A stretch of DNA of 62,617 nucleotides, the filler included, from Asterionella formosa (Eukaryota): the NCBI GenBank assembly GCA_002256025.1. It is 7 parts of 7 records of this genome, joined end to end, with 100 filler letters (N's around TTAATTAATTAA, not from the genome) between each part and the next. Parts side by side here need not be neighbours in the genome. Positions count along the whole stretch, not along the records: positions 17,952 to 26,820 come from NKIB01011511.1; positions 26,921 to 35,783 come from NKIB01011526.1; 5 more parts are not named here. One strand, 5' to 3'. How positions within the stretch are numbered: the stretch's first letter is position 1; the number at the start of each line of letters is the position of its first letter. Of this stretch, positions 23,057 to 34,333 are shown one piece after another. The notes under the pieces are model-generated. The model was not told the DNA's origin. It did no database searches and saw only the letters and a program-made list of their open reading frames with translations. Both the position numbers and the translations under genes were made by a program.

Positions 23057-23250
23057 TTCACGTAATTATTTGAAATCATTCACGTAATTCTTTGATTTAA
23101 TTAATGTAACCTTCTAGTTTCGTTCGCATAATTCATCAATGTAGTTCCCATGGATAACGTATCAATTCTGTTCACGTAATTCTATAATTTAGTTCACATA
23201 AAGTGTTAATTCTGTTCACGTAGTTCCTTAATTTTAGTTCACGTTATTTT
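23057..23250 (+). repeat. Array of nine degenerate TTCACGTAATT units with ~22-bp period
   Basis: Unit starts at 23057, 23079, 23101, 23123, 23145, 23171, 23193, 23215, 23238. Confidence 0.8.
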
Positions 23251-23286
23251 CCGAAGTTTAATCAAATAATTATCTGAAACAAGGGT

Positions 23287-23349
23287 CAGGGGAATGGCAT
23301 AGTGGTTGTCACACCTTCTGCGGTGGCAAATTCGATTCCTGCATTCTGC
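23287..23349 (+). ncRNA. tRNA-derived sequence (SINE head or tRNA pseudogene)
   Basis: A box TGGCATAGTGG; T-arm gca(aa)TTCGATTcctgc; anticodon arm shortened. Confidence 0.55.
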
Positions 23350-25807
23350 ACATGTCGTTTTCATGTAGTCCCTAGGTTTCCTTGAAGGTCTGGTAAAACA
23401 CGTTTTTACTTAGGAAAGGATTAAGCTAAATATCTCGATTACCAGACCTTCCTAGGGTTTGTGGCTGACGAAAAGACAGGTCTTACTGTACTGTATGGAT
23501 GAATACAACCGGTACTAATAAAGTCCATTAATTCTGGCCCTAGTGCGATTGCTTATTGGATATTTTTGACGTACTATAAAATTTATTTTACAATTTTAAC
23601 ATTATCTGGAGGGTCATTAAACTAGTAGTTAGAAGGTCTTTCAACTATTTATCTGAAGTTGTTCAACTAATTTAAAAAATCTATCAAATAATGTAGCTAA
23701 CTAATTCTATTTAGACTTATTTATTACTTTGACTATTTGCATTTCTTTCAAAAATACGGCGATGAAGGCGGTAGCATCAACTCGGTGCATCAGAATAGCC
23801 AAATCTTCTTTCTGTGTAACTTTGTCATTTCCTGTGCGATTCATATATCTCTTGGCATATGCTTTACACAACAACAGGAGACACCTGTAACATGTTGGTT
23901 TACTGATGATGGATCATGACAAATGAAGGATATGCATATGCAAAAATTAAATTTCAGAATTTTACATTGAAAATGAACAGTTATATAAACCAATAGAGGA
24001 AGCTTGGTGCATCGACATCATACATATTTGTACTGTTTGTAAATTAAGTTGGATGTCGTTATGCATTTTCTGCTAGCTAAGTCCATCTTGAATTCACTGT
24101 ATGATTGTGAAACATCACATGAAAAGCCAGTGAAAGTAAGCTTATTGACCAGAGGAGTGCATATTCTTTATGTGATGTTCTCAACCTTAAATTCTTGATT
24201 GTCCATAAATATATTAAATTAGACACCACAAATATCATGACACTATTTTCGCAAATGAAGGTGCATGTCATAAATGAATTATCCATGAGAGCAGGATCTT
24301 AGTTGAACTTTGAAATGAACGATTTTACGGGAAGAGCGGCGTAAAGTCATGTGAAGTACCACATAATAATATTCCTACATAGATGAAATTTTGAAAAGTG
24401 GCGTATTTGTGGCTTAAATGTATGGGAAATGAGCTGTGGGAAATTCGTCTAAGTAAGCAATCATGAGGGGGATTAGTAATATACATTGGGTTATGATTTT
24501 AGTCTAACAATCACCCAAAAAGACTTTATGGTGGAAAATCTTAATATTTTGACAGTCTTGTGGGTGCAATCTGTTCCTGAATGTCGTGAAAGACAGCATG
24601 CATTTTTTGGCTTCGTCTCTTGAATCAACAGAGGCCCGCATTCTTCAAAATAAACGAGCAAAGAAGTAGCTTGCAAACGATTCCCGTTTACATTAGCTCG
24701 TCCTTGAGTTGTTGTCTTTCATTTTGATCAAAATAGCTGAAGCTTGCAACGACAAATCTTTGTTATGGCTGCTTTCCCTAGATATGATGTAGGCCTTGCC
24801 TCCATCATTTGCATTATTGGAGAAGTAATTCAGTCCTCAACATAGTCGATGAATGCCACTAGGCATGTTTGCTACGATGCAATGCTTTCCTCCCCCCATG
24901 ATGAAGAGGGTGGCCAAGAAACTAAATCTATGAGTAGCAAGATCATGGCACATGAGTTCGCACTTGAAATTTATATGAAAGAATATATCCAGAACGGAAA
25001 CACGGAAATGTGCTCCCTACAGCAGGGTAAAAAAGATCGTCAGCTTGATTCTAGTGGTGATGGTATAAGTGGGTTGAAGCCGGCAGTCTCATTGAATATC
25101 TTCACGAAATCGAGCAGTGTCGGCTCCATAGATCAATCTAGTTTGACTATCATGGTCACTACCAAAACTGGTCCTTGTGCTGATTCAAGTGGTACAATGA
25201 AAGATACCAAAAATGGCGCAACGAGTTTTCAGCGAAAGTTCATTGAGAGACTAGGAGTCGATTAAAACTTCAAATCACCTGGCATCTTCAACTCCAATCA
25301 AAACCTGGATCGAAGTCGTGATGATGATGGAAATGAACCTGATCGGATCTTTACCTTGGCTCGATTAACCAAAGCTGTAACAGACCCTCCCTCACAAAGG
25401 CCTGTTCCCATCCAATGTCATGTTGATTCAAAAACGCCTCATATATTTTCCGGCAAATAACATTGACAGAGCTGCCTGCAAGTTCTTGGATCATTCCATT
25501 ATCTAAGGCAAGCTTGAGTTCTATATCATCTGGAAAAATTTCCGCTGCCCAAGCGAGAGAGACAATTTATTGCCGGGGTTGTCAAAAGTAAGAGTAAATA
25601 ACTTCATTGCACAATGTGTCTAAAAATGCAAAATGAGTTAGTAAGGGGAATCCATGACTATTGACGCACTGCGAATTTTCTAGTCATGTAAAGAATAGGC
25701 AATGTAATGCTGTATAACTATTTGTATGTCTATAGTTAAATTGGAAATGAGCTACTCATGATTTCAAAGTAATATGAACCACAACAATTAGCACATAAAT
25801 GAAAATC

Positions 25808-25879
25808 AAGGGAATGGATTATTGGTTAAGCACATTGACTTTGATCTAAGTTTGTGTGGTTCGATTCCCGCAATTTTTT
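25808..25879 (+). ncRNA. Second tRNA-derived sequence (Gln-TTG-like loop), degenerate
   Basis: gggaatggattattggttaag, loop cTTTGat, perfect B box GGTTCGATTCC, followed by a T6 run; acceptor and anticodon stems pair poorly. Confidence 0.55.
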
Positions 25880-26820
25880 GAGAAACAATTGTTGAGTTCA
25901 ACTACCACACTCCTTACAGTCCTGCATAGTCATGCCTGATGTGCAAGAAATAATGGGACCCCCTACAAGCAGCTTCCTAGGCAGTCGGAGTTTCTCCTAA
26001 CGCCGAAGCTAAGATGATCACATTTCGAAAAAGGTGGTTGGGGACTCACCTATACTAACAAAACTAGGGAAGCACATGTCTTGTTGGCAGTTTGTCCAAT
26101 GAAAGACATGTCTAGAAATAGGGGAATACGAATGTGCTATAAAACATATTACACAATACATACATGAAAATCCTTTAAAAATTGAGGTATATCCTTGTAT
26201 CTTGAGCTGTTGCACCATTTCCAAGATTTTGTTCATTCAAGTTTCGCATCTATTTGTACATTCGATTGAAATAAATATCTAACATACGTTTTCAAGCAAG
26301 CCACTGCAGATTTAATGATGTTAGTACTACTGAGCAAACAACATCCAAAACAATTTTAAGCAGCAATTTAAAGCTTTGTTGTCAATATTAATGCAAAAAA
26401 TTTAATATTGAATGATTATACCTCGCATATGTTAGGCTAGAAACATGTACAATATAGCAATAGTTCATTTTCAATTTTTTGTTGAGATATTTGTTCGAAT
26501 AAGTTCGCCATGGTTGAGACAAGATGTTTAATCATTGACCTACATTCATACATAAGGCAGTACAAATCAAATTCACTTACCCATATGTATGTCAACCATT
26601 TATAAAATTCTGGTGTATATATAGTAGACAGAACAAGTCCTACAGAGAATCTCTCTTAGGGTCTACTTAGCTGTACTATCCCCAATGCCACCGACACCAA
26701 AATGAAATACCTCAACGAGAAGGTTCTTGCTAGTGAAGGGTGCTGCAAGCCACCCAAAAATAGTGCTAGGGTCGTCTGAATGACACCTCAAAAAGTTGAG
26801 CACTTTATGTGGCTACTCCT

Positions 26821-26920
26821 NNNNNNNNNNNNNNNNNNNNNNNNNNNNNNNNNNNNNNNNNNNNTTAATTAATTAANNNNNNNNNNNNNNNNNNNNNNNN
26901 NNNNNNNNNNNNNNNNNNNN
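26821..26920. other. Artificial scaffold spacer
   Basis: N44-TTAATTAATTAA-N44. Confidence 0.97.
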
Positions 26921-27153
26921 GATGAGCCAAACCACATTACTCTAAGTGGTACATTATCCTACCAAGAAATTTAAATAAAGGAACCTAAAAGAAACAATAC
27001 AAATAATAATTAAATTTCCATAGTCAAAAGGGTTACTATTTAAATTACGAGGGCATTTATCAAAATTATTAGATGATATAACGAAAAATTATGATCAGAT
27101 GATCATAATCCTATGATGCATCATGGAAATATGATGGTTTTTATTTGCAAACG
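26921..27153 (-). mobile_element. End C of the CGTCTGCAAATAAAAA family (second copy)
   Basis: Ends atgatggtttttatttgcaaacg; reverse complement of 19245-19487. Confidence 0.85.
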
Positions 27154-27467
27154 ATTTTTTTTGACAGTCTGACCGAAGCCAAAACAAAATGATGACAAAG
27201 ACAAAAATAATGAGGATACTCCAAATAGAGCCAGAAGTATGGCCGAAATGGAAATCATTGACCACCCATCAATCCAAAGTCACAATTCAAATCTCTGGCT
27301 GACATGAGAAGTTCAGTCATATATTCAAAGCCTCAAGGTAAAAGTTCTAATCCCAATTTCCCTTGTTTTCCGGTTTACCAACAGGTTCATCAAAGATAAT
27401 GATTGTTCAATGATGCGCACAACTTCTCCACCTTCATCATATTCAAAGCCTCAAGGCAAAAGTTCCA

Positions 27468-28005
27468 GTCATCAAGACTGGATTGATTTCACCTCCATTC
27501 CCATGGGAATGGATACAATCTTATCGTTGAAACTCGGGAATAAGTTGGGCTTCCTGCCAATCGCTCTTGCCTTTGATGAAATTGATTTTTAAACTCATCA
27601 AAAACTTGATTGATTTAACCTCAATCCTATGGGGATTGATAAGAAGCTGGAACAGGTTGGGCTTAGTTCATAGCATGGGCAAACAAACAATGCAAGTTCC
27701 TCTGACTGTCGTCGTTTTGGAGTGAAAAGTCGCTCTTGGAGAGCAATACCTCGTTGTGAAAGTTCTGTTGGCCTGATTTGACGATCAAAGGCTTGCTGCT
27801 TCTTGAGAAAAGCTGAAATTTCTGTCTCTGTCTCATGTTTTAAGTTCACTCATGGCATCATCCTTGTCATCAGGAGATGAGAGGTAGTAAGCCGACATGC
27901 TGGTCAGTGAGTGACACTGGTGAAATTATGGAACTTATGTGGACAATGAACAAGAGGCCGTATAACACACAAGAGGATGCATCGCTATAAATTATAACTG
28001 TTAAA
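27468..28005. repeat. Inverted paralog of 1-564
   Basis: Direct nucleotide and peptide match to 1-564. Confidence 0.85.
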
Positions 28006-28483
28006 AATCAAAGTTAAATTTATATAAAATGTCAGATGACAAATCTAAAATATCTTGATTATCAGAGCGCGACGACGTTATTATGTATCAAATCGCCAAA
28101 ATAATTTGTGTTATAATACATGCATGATATAGTAATTTTTTAAGATCAGAGCGCACCCACTGAGATGTATTTGGTGTGAAATGTATCTCTGGAAAAATTG
28201 GATGAAAAAATCAAAAAAATATTAAAAAATTGTATCAGTGTTAAGATTGCTCCTTTTCATATTACCGGAGAATTATTGGAGCTTGCGCTTCATGAGAGGC
28301 AGTGACCTAAAGTTTGGTTGCAGCAACACTAGAACAGAGGGAGTACCCAGTATGTACTGGTAGTTCCTCGACCTTCACTCTACCCTTCTAGCTAGTATAA
28401 TGATAAGTATAATACCATACATAGAGTTGATAGGTGATAGTGTAAATATATTAGATAATTGCCCAACATCTGTTAATAGCTCT

Positions 28484-29350
28484 TCATTCCTCATCATCTT
28501 CATCAGGAGTAGACCTGAATGCTTTGTACCCTAAGTAGGTAGTTCTGAGAATGGCAGGAACCAGAACAAACGACATGGGCGTCGGTGGACAAAAATATTT
28601 TTGAAATGTCACAACGGCATACCGACGCCACATGTTGGCATAGTTGTTGTAAAAGTACAAGTGTGAATTCAGAAATGATAGCATTCCAAGCACAATTGTG
28701 AGCAACGAAGATGAAATGAAGCGATTCATGCTTTTAGCATCTCGCCCTTCTCCTTTCTTTGGGATTAAGAGTTCCAAGGCCACACTGCCGAGCCAATTGA
28801 ATAGACCCTGCAAAAAGCACATGTGGGCTGTTAAAAATTCAAATTCAAAATTATGCATTAAGAATCCAATGGGAGATTTATACTGGATCATGGCAGGAGT
28901 TGAGGCGAAAACGTCTCCAATGCTTAGCAACATTGTGCCACAGACGGTGGTGACAAAAATAGAAATAACTTCCAATCCAAAGCTGGTCAACAATAGCAAA
29001 CGGCAAGCCTTTTTTAAAGTCCTTATGTAGGCCTTGTCGGCCAATTTAGGAGACAATGTTTCCCTTCCTTCGATCAAGGTTGCCAAAACGGCGCCGGCCA
29101 CAAGGGCAGCAGGAGCACCAAGATTGGCACACCATTCCCAAGTATTGAAAACAATTTCAGGATCGATAGATGCGCCTTTCATGACGAGTGTCGCTGAGGC
29201 TTCAGATGTTGCCACATATTTCTGTCTGGCGTGAGGCGCCAGAGCGCTTCTGATAGTTGTCGAGTGTAGTGACGAAAAGCACATAATTTGGTCGGCTTGT
29301 CCAATAATGACTACTGCCAGAATGACTAGGCGATAATTTAGAAGCAGCAT
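28484..29350 (-). CDS. Multi-pass membrane protein of unknown function, probable bipartite plastid presequence
   Basis: Intact 288-aa ORF; signal peptide ending IMC-FSS, Ser/Thr/Ala-rich transit-like segment, about five hydrophobic helices. Confidence 0.8.
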   Translation of the reverse strand: MLLLNYRLVILAVVIIGQADQIMCFSSLHSTTIRSALAPHARQKYVATSEASATLVMKGASIDPEIVFNTWEWCANLGAPAALVAGAVLATLIEGRETLSPKLADKAYIRTLKKACRLLLLTSFGLEVISIFVTTVCGTMLLSIGDVFASTPAMIQYKSPIGFLMHNFEFEFLTAHMCFLQGLFNWLGSVALELLIPKKGEGRDAKSMNRFISSSLLTIVLGMLSFLNSHLYFYNNYANMWRRYAVVTFQKYFCPPTPMSFVLVPAILRTTYLGYKAFRSTPDEDDEE

Positions 29351-30324
29351 GACAAATGGTAAAGAACAGCAAAGGGATGGGATGATTCCGGTACGCTACT
29401 CAAATAATGTTTATTTTGATTTGCTCGTGGTGGACGAAAAATGGTTTGTGCTGACATGATCATTGATGTTGGATTACCTGGTACCGGTACCTGGTACCCT
29501 GGTACCAGGTACAACCTGGAACCAACATTTTGAGTCCAAGGCAATGAATGAAGCATCCAATGCTGTAGCAATGATACCTTAGTATACCTGTGGTACCAGT
29601 ATTAAAATTGCTATAAAAATTATTGACATATGGTAATGTCATAGTATCTACTGTACACAGGACATTCTTGTTTTCCTTTGGATTATTTGTGCAACCACTG
29701 CCAGTGTATTCGAACATGTTGTAGAATATACCTTGTATACAAGAAAACTGCCTTGGTATGCCATTATATGCCGGTACAGGTTTTCCTGGGACAAGCACGG
29801 TCAGGGTGTGTCTGTTAGGCTGTTGATGTCGACAGGTGTCCGAAGACTAGATGTTGTCTGAGGAATGTCTAAGCAGAAATAGAAAGGATTTATTATACTA
29901 TACCAAGCAGAATAATACTCAAACAAGTGGCGCGAGAAAGATCTTGACCGGTCATTCCAGGAAAACGACACTGGAGCGCGCTGGAGTACTGGTAGGCGCT
30001 ATATACCCGGTATTTCAACAAAGCGCAGCACCCAGATTGAAGACAAGTGCCTGGTACCTGCAAGTTGCTGTCATTTTTCTTAAACTAACATTTTAATCTG
30101 GGATAAAGGAAGCTAAATCTTTAGTTGCAGCAAAATTCCCACAACTTGCTGGTACCCCGGCATACGGAATATGATAACAATTGAAAAAAACCACTCGCCT
30201 CGATCGTTAAGGCCGTTCCGCACATGAAATGTTCTGGTAGTTTACCATCCTGTCTCCTAGCTACTGTTCTCGGTCCCGCCCACATCAGCATTCTCGCTCT
30301 TTCCAATAAACATCGGTAGCAAAG

Positions 30325-31236
30325 ATGATAAAAGAAAAAGGAGATGACAAGTACGCAAAGGCATCGAAACAGAAGCGATCCGACCTGCTTGCTGTAATGC
30401 TTGTCATTGTTGTCATGTCCTTGCTTGTCCTGGGTTATTATTGGAACCAGAACAAGCAGCTACGATCCAATTACCTCCATGAAGTACCTGGTGCCAAGGA
30501 AATTTCCTCGGTTAGTATTGGGGAACTCGAACACAAGGTAGAAATGCTAGATCGCAAGGTTCGTGAAATCAAAGCCAATGTTGACATTTTTGAAACGGAC
30601 CCCGAAGCTCAAGCTGCAGCAACAACCTTGCAAGAAGCAACTCGTCATTTACTGGCGGCTCGGTATGGATCGAAGGAACCATATCATGTCAAGGTCATTC
30701 TTCAATTTCAGCCGTCGATCCCAGACTTTCAAGAAAAGGGAGCATCTGGAGAATTCATGATTGAAATGGCGCCGTCATCAATCATTCCGCATTCGGTCTT
30801 TACTTTTTTAGAAGTGGCAAGAAATTGGAAATCGGGGGCTTTTCATCGTATCGCGCCACATGTCTTGCAAGTTATGGTCCAGACCAATAATCATATCCAA
30901 CATTTAGCATTTCAAGAATATTCTCCATTGTATCCCCATGAGAAGATGACATGTGGCTATGCTGGTCGACCTTCCGGGCCAGCCTTTTATGTGAGCATTC
31001 AAGACAACTCAAAAAATCATGGTCCTGGATCACAGCAAGAGCACAATCCTTATGAAGCAGATGCCAGCTTTGGGAAAGTCATTGAGGGCTTCGAGGAAAC
31101 TGTAATGCGCATTACAAAAGTGCCAGGCAAAAGCTTCTTGAATGACCCTGCTCTTCATGTTATTATCAAACAAATGATAATCATGGTACCAAATGAGAGT
31201 GGCGAGTACCAAGTATGGAGTGAAAATGACAAGTAG
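30325..31236 (+). CDS. Membrane-anchored cyclophilin-like protein
   Basis: 303-aa ORF; N-terminal TM helix and coiled coil, then AFHRIAPHVLQ, GYAGRPSGPAFYVS and SFGKVIEG cyclophilin-fold motifs. Confidence 0.8.
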   Translation: MIKEKGDDKYAKASKQKRSDLLAVMLVIVVMSLLVLGYYWNQNKQLRSNYLHEVPGAKEISSVSIGELEHKVEMLDRKVREIKANVDIFETDPEAQAAATTLQEATRHLLAARYGSKEPYHVKVILQFQPSIPDFQEKGASGEFMIEMAPSSIIPHSVFTFLEVARNWKSGAFHRIAPHVLQVMVQTNNHIQHLAFQEYSPLYPHEKMTCGYAGRPSGPAFYVSIQDNSKNHGPGSQQEHNPYEADASFGKVIEGFEETVMRITKVPGKSFLNDPALHVIIKQMIIMVPNESGEYQVWSENDK

Positions 31237-31587
31237 TTGATACTAGTGCCATGATGGACTGAGATAGAATTTATTTATGGATCATGTGTTAAACTAGTAT
31301 ATTTGAGGCACACTGACTCAAATATTTTTTGGGCCATGGTGCTCAACACCAATGACTCTAGGAATAGTCTACCAGCAGGAATAACTCACTAGAAAATGAT
31401 TATTATTTTATAACTCAGGCACCAATTGACAAGAAAATGATACCTTACGAGCAGTAATTTCAGTCTTTCCTGCCATAGAATCCCAATAATGCCTCTGGAC
31501 AGTGATGGTTGTGATGCCTATGTGTTCCTCACAGAAATGTTCATGTTTTAGTAATTTTTCAAGACAAGTACACAGGAAACGACAATA

Positions 31588-31900
31588 CCTTGTATTGGAG
31601 TCCAGTGTGAGCTGAAAATTTAATTTACCAAAACAAGGTTGACCTTGTATTTGCTAGCATTGTCATAAGGGTAGCGAATCCATGCTCTCGCCAGTACAAG
31701 GAAATAGGCTCTTTTTAAAATACAAGTTAATTTCCAAAATAAACCTCCAATACAAGGTATGGATGGTTTCCTCATAATAGGGTTTAAATTCCAGTACAAG
31801 GTATACCTTGTGTTGGTTTTACCATTTTGCGTCCACCTTGTATTGGATTACCAATCAGATGATCCATACAATCGAACCTTGATTTGGACCCAATACAATG
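31588..31900. repeat. Cluster of ~10 CCAATACAAGG-like motifs in both orientations
   Basis: Copies at 31588, 31628, 31643, 31691, 31747, 31791, 31806, 31836, 31877, 31890. Confidence 0.8.
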
Positions 31901-33594
31901 TAGCACTTGAATGGGACCAAAGAACTTCAAGCCATGCAAAACCCATGACAGTATCAGGATAACCATTGTAAGGTTAATAGCAAACTAATATCTTTAATAC
32001 TATATTCTTTTGCAAGTGTTAAAATTTATTTTGCTATTTCAAGATAAAAATACACTTCTAGAGTCATACAGAAATGATATAGCAACTCTGAGAATGTTTA
32101 AATCATCTTTTGGTTCTTGGGCCCCATCATTGTTGTCATCATCGCAATTCACCAATCCTTTACCAGTCAAAACAAATTTGAGTACTGAGAAAGATGTTGC
32201 ACTTCAATGACAGAAGCAAGAGCATGGTTGATAAATAGCATACACAAACAATACAACAACAAAACAATCACCAATTTGGACTATACTTACATCAAAATGG
32301 ATGAAACAACTGGAGCTGACTTTTTCCTTTCCGATCCCTCCACAATTCACTGATCCTTCAACTACATCGAAAGAAGCATTGAGACAGAGATGGTGTTTCT
32401 GAAGCGCTCCTGAAATTAGCAGAATCATGATGACAGGTGCGAAATTACGCACATGCGATTTTTTATCGTGTCCAAGAACGTGGCAGGACCTGCATCCTAT
32501 GCCATAGTATGGCGTGAAACATTATAAATTCCTTAAACATGGCACCTTATCTATGATTGTGCGAGTAGATGTATTTCTTTGGTGCAATTGCTCCTGAAAG
32601 ATGCAGCGATCAAATTTAACTAGAGAAAATATCCTAGCCCACCAACCAAATTGGATCACTTCATACAGTTTTCTATGTTGTTGGTGATGCTGCCGAATAA
32701 CCATTTTTGGATGTCATCTTAGTTCCATTTGTTGATTCCCAGCTTGATGGTTGTACAATGGATCCCTTTAATTTCTTTATTTCGAAACTAAGGATCAGGA
32801 TTGAAATAAATAACATTTGGTTGTTACAGACCAAATGGGTTGATGTGAAAAGGAACTTGACAACAGGATTGGAAACAACACCAAATCTCTTGAAGTATAT
32901 GTACAACTGAACAATTATAAAAAGGTTTGTAACGACCTTCGGCTAATATTGAGAGGTGAAGGATGGAAATACATGATCCATACAATCTAGATAATGAAAA
33001 TATACTGCATAATGGAACAGTTGTTTGCGATAACGTCTTCAATTGCTGGTGAAGTGATCATTATATGCATCTTTGAGTAATCGTCATGTGCAGTGAACCT
33101 ATGTTCATAATCATTCAATTAAGAGTTTACAGAGAAGAAATCATTCGAACTCGGAATGTTTCCGCACATAGCGCAAATAGTAAATCCATTTCGTCGACCA
33201 CCAGCATGACAATCTCGCAAATCAACTTGTAAACAAACACATTCTACTTGTTCTTTTTGACATTTTCAATTCTCACATGATACTACATCTACTATTGAGA
33301 TTCATCATACAAGGAGATACGAAAATGTAACAGACTGCTATCCACATAGTTGTAGTTATAGAATGATTCTGATAACAATTTCTTTTTCATATCGCTTGTT
33401 TCCGCATTTCGCATGCTGTATTTAATATTGAATTTGTCTGCATCTTTGATACCATCAAGAGAGCGAAAGCAAGTGGCTCTCTTCATTGTTGTTTGCCCAT
33501 GAAAAACACGCCCGGTATCGGTATCAGCAACAATAGAGGCATGAATGTCCTTCATCATTATCATTGTGGTTTGCCGTAGGAAAATTTTGATATC

Positions 33595-33837
33595 CATATC
33601 GTCATTTGCTTGTTGGAACTGTCCGTTGCCTCAAACCTGCTTAGCTTGTGCGTACACACACTGTCGACTTGATTTCATTGGTATGTTGTTGTTGTTGTAT
33701 TCACTGTTAAACTTGTCTGCATCTTTGTTACCATCCATTGAGTGACAAGTGGTACCCATATCGTCATTCGCTCGTTGGAACCACTGTCTGTTGCCTCAAA
33801 CCTGCTTAGCGTGTGTGTACATACACTGTCAACTTGT
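33595..33837. repeat. ~80-bp direct repeat pair (33595-33671, 33757-33837)
   Basis: ccatatcgtcatt.gct.gttggaac..tgtc.gttgcctcaaacctgcttagc.tgtg.gtaca.acactgtc.acttg occurs twice. Confidence 0.85.
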
Positions 33838-34333
33838 GTACATTACAGCAGTGACTTAGCTACTAAAGTGAATGTTATAATATCATACTCCGTAGTACGA
33901 AAATACAGCTCCCAATTAACACTGAATGATTGATAAGATGATAATGTGATATCACGATAGGGTTACGAACATCACCAAAATATGATACGTAATATTGAAT
34001 AAAGTATATCACATAGCTACGATACATTGATCATAGAACTATGATGATTTCTTAAATGTGTATGATCTATTTTTAATCAAAACATGATTATGATAAAATA
34101 AAACAATGATAATAAAATACGATAAAATATGTATGCAAGTGTTATCAAGACATCACTGAAAAAAATCAATTGATCATAAAGTATGTTACTTAATATATAT
34201 ATTCGACTTTTAATGTATACAGTAAAAGCCAACAGTTAATATGATAGTATTATACTGTGGATAGAATCTAAGTTTACAGATGCGTTGATATGTACATCAC
34301 CATAATATGATTTGTGATATGGATTGATGAATA

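Noticed and set aside
23057..23250. CRISPR array
   Set aside because: The 22-bp period and 11-bp core are too short, the context is eukaryotic and there are no cas genes.
23465..23490. Hammerhead ribozyme (CTGACGA core)
   Set aside because: No GAAA after the following stem and no stem III.
25808..25879. Functional tRNA-Gln gene
   Set aside because: Acceptor and anticodon stems do not pair properly; kept only as tRNA-derived.
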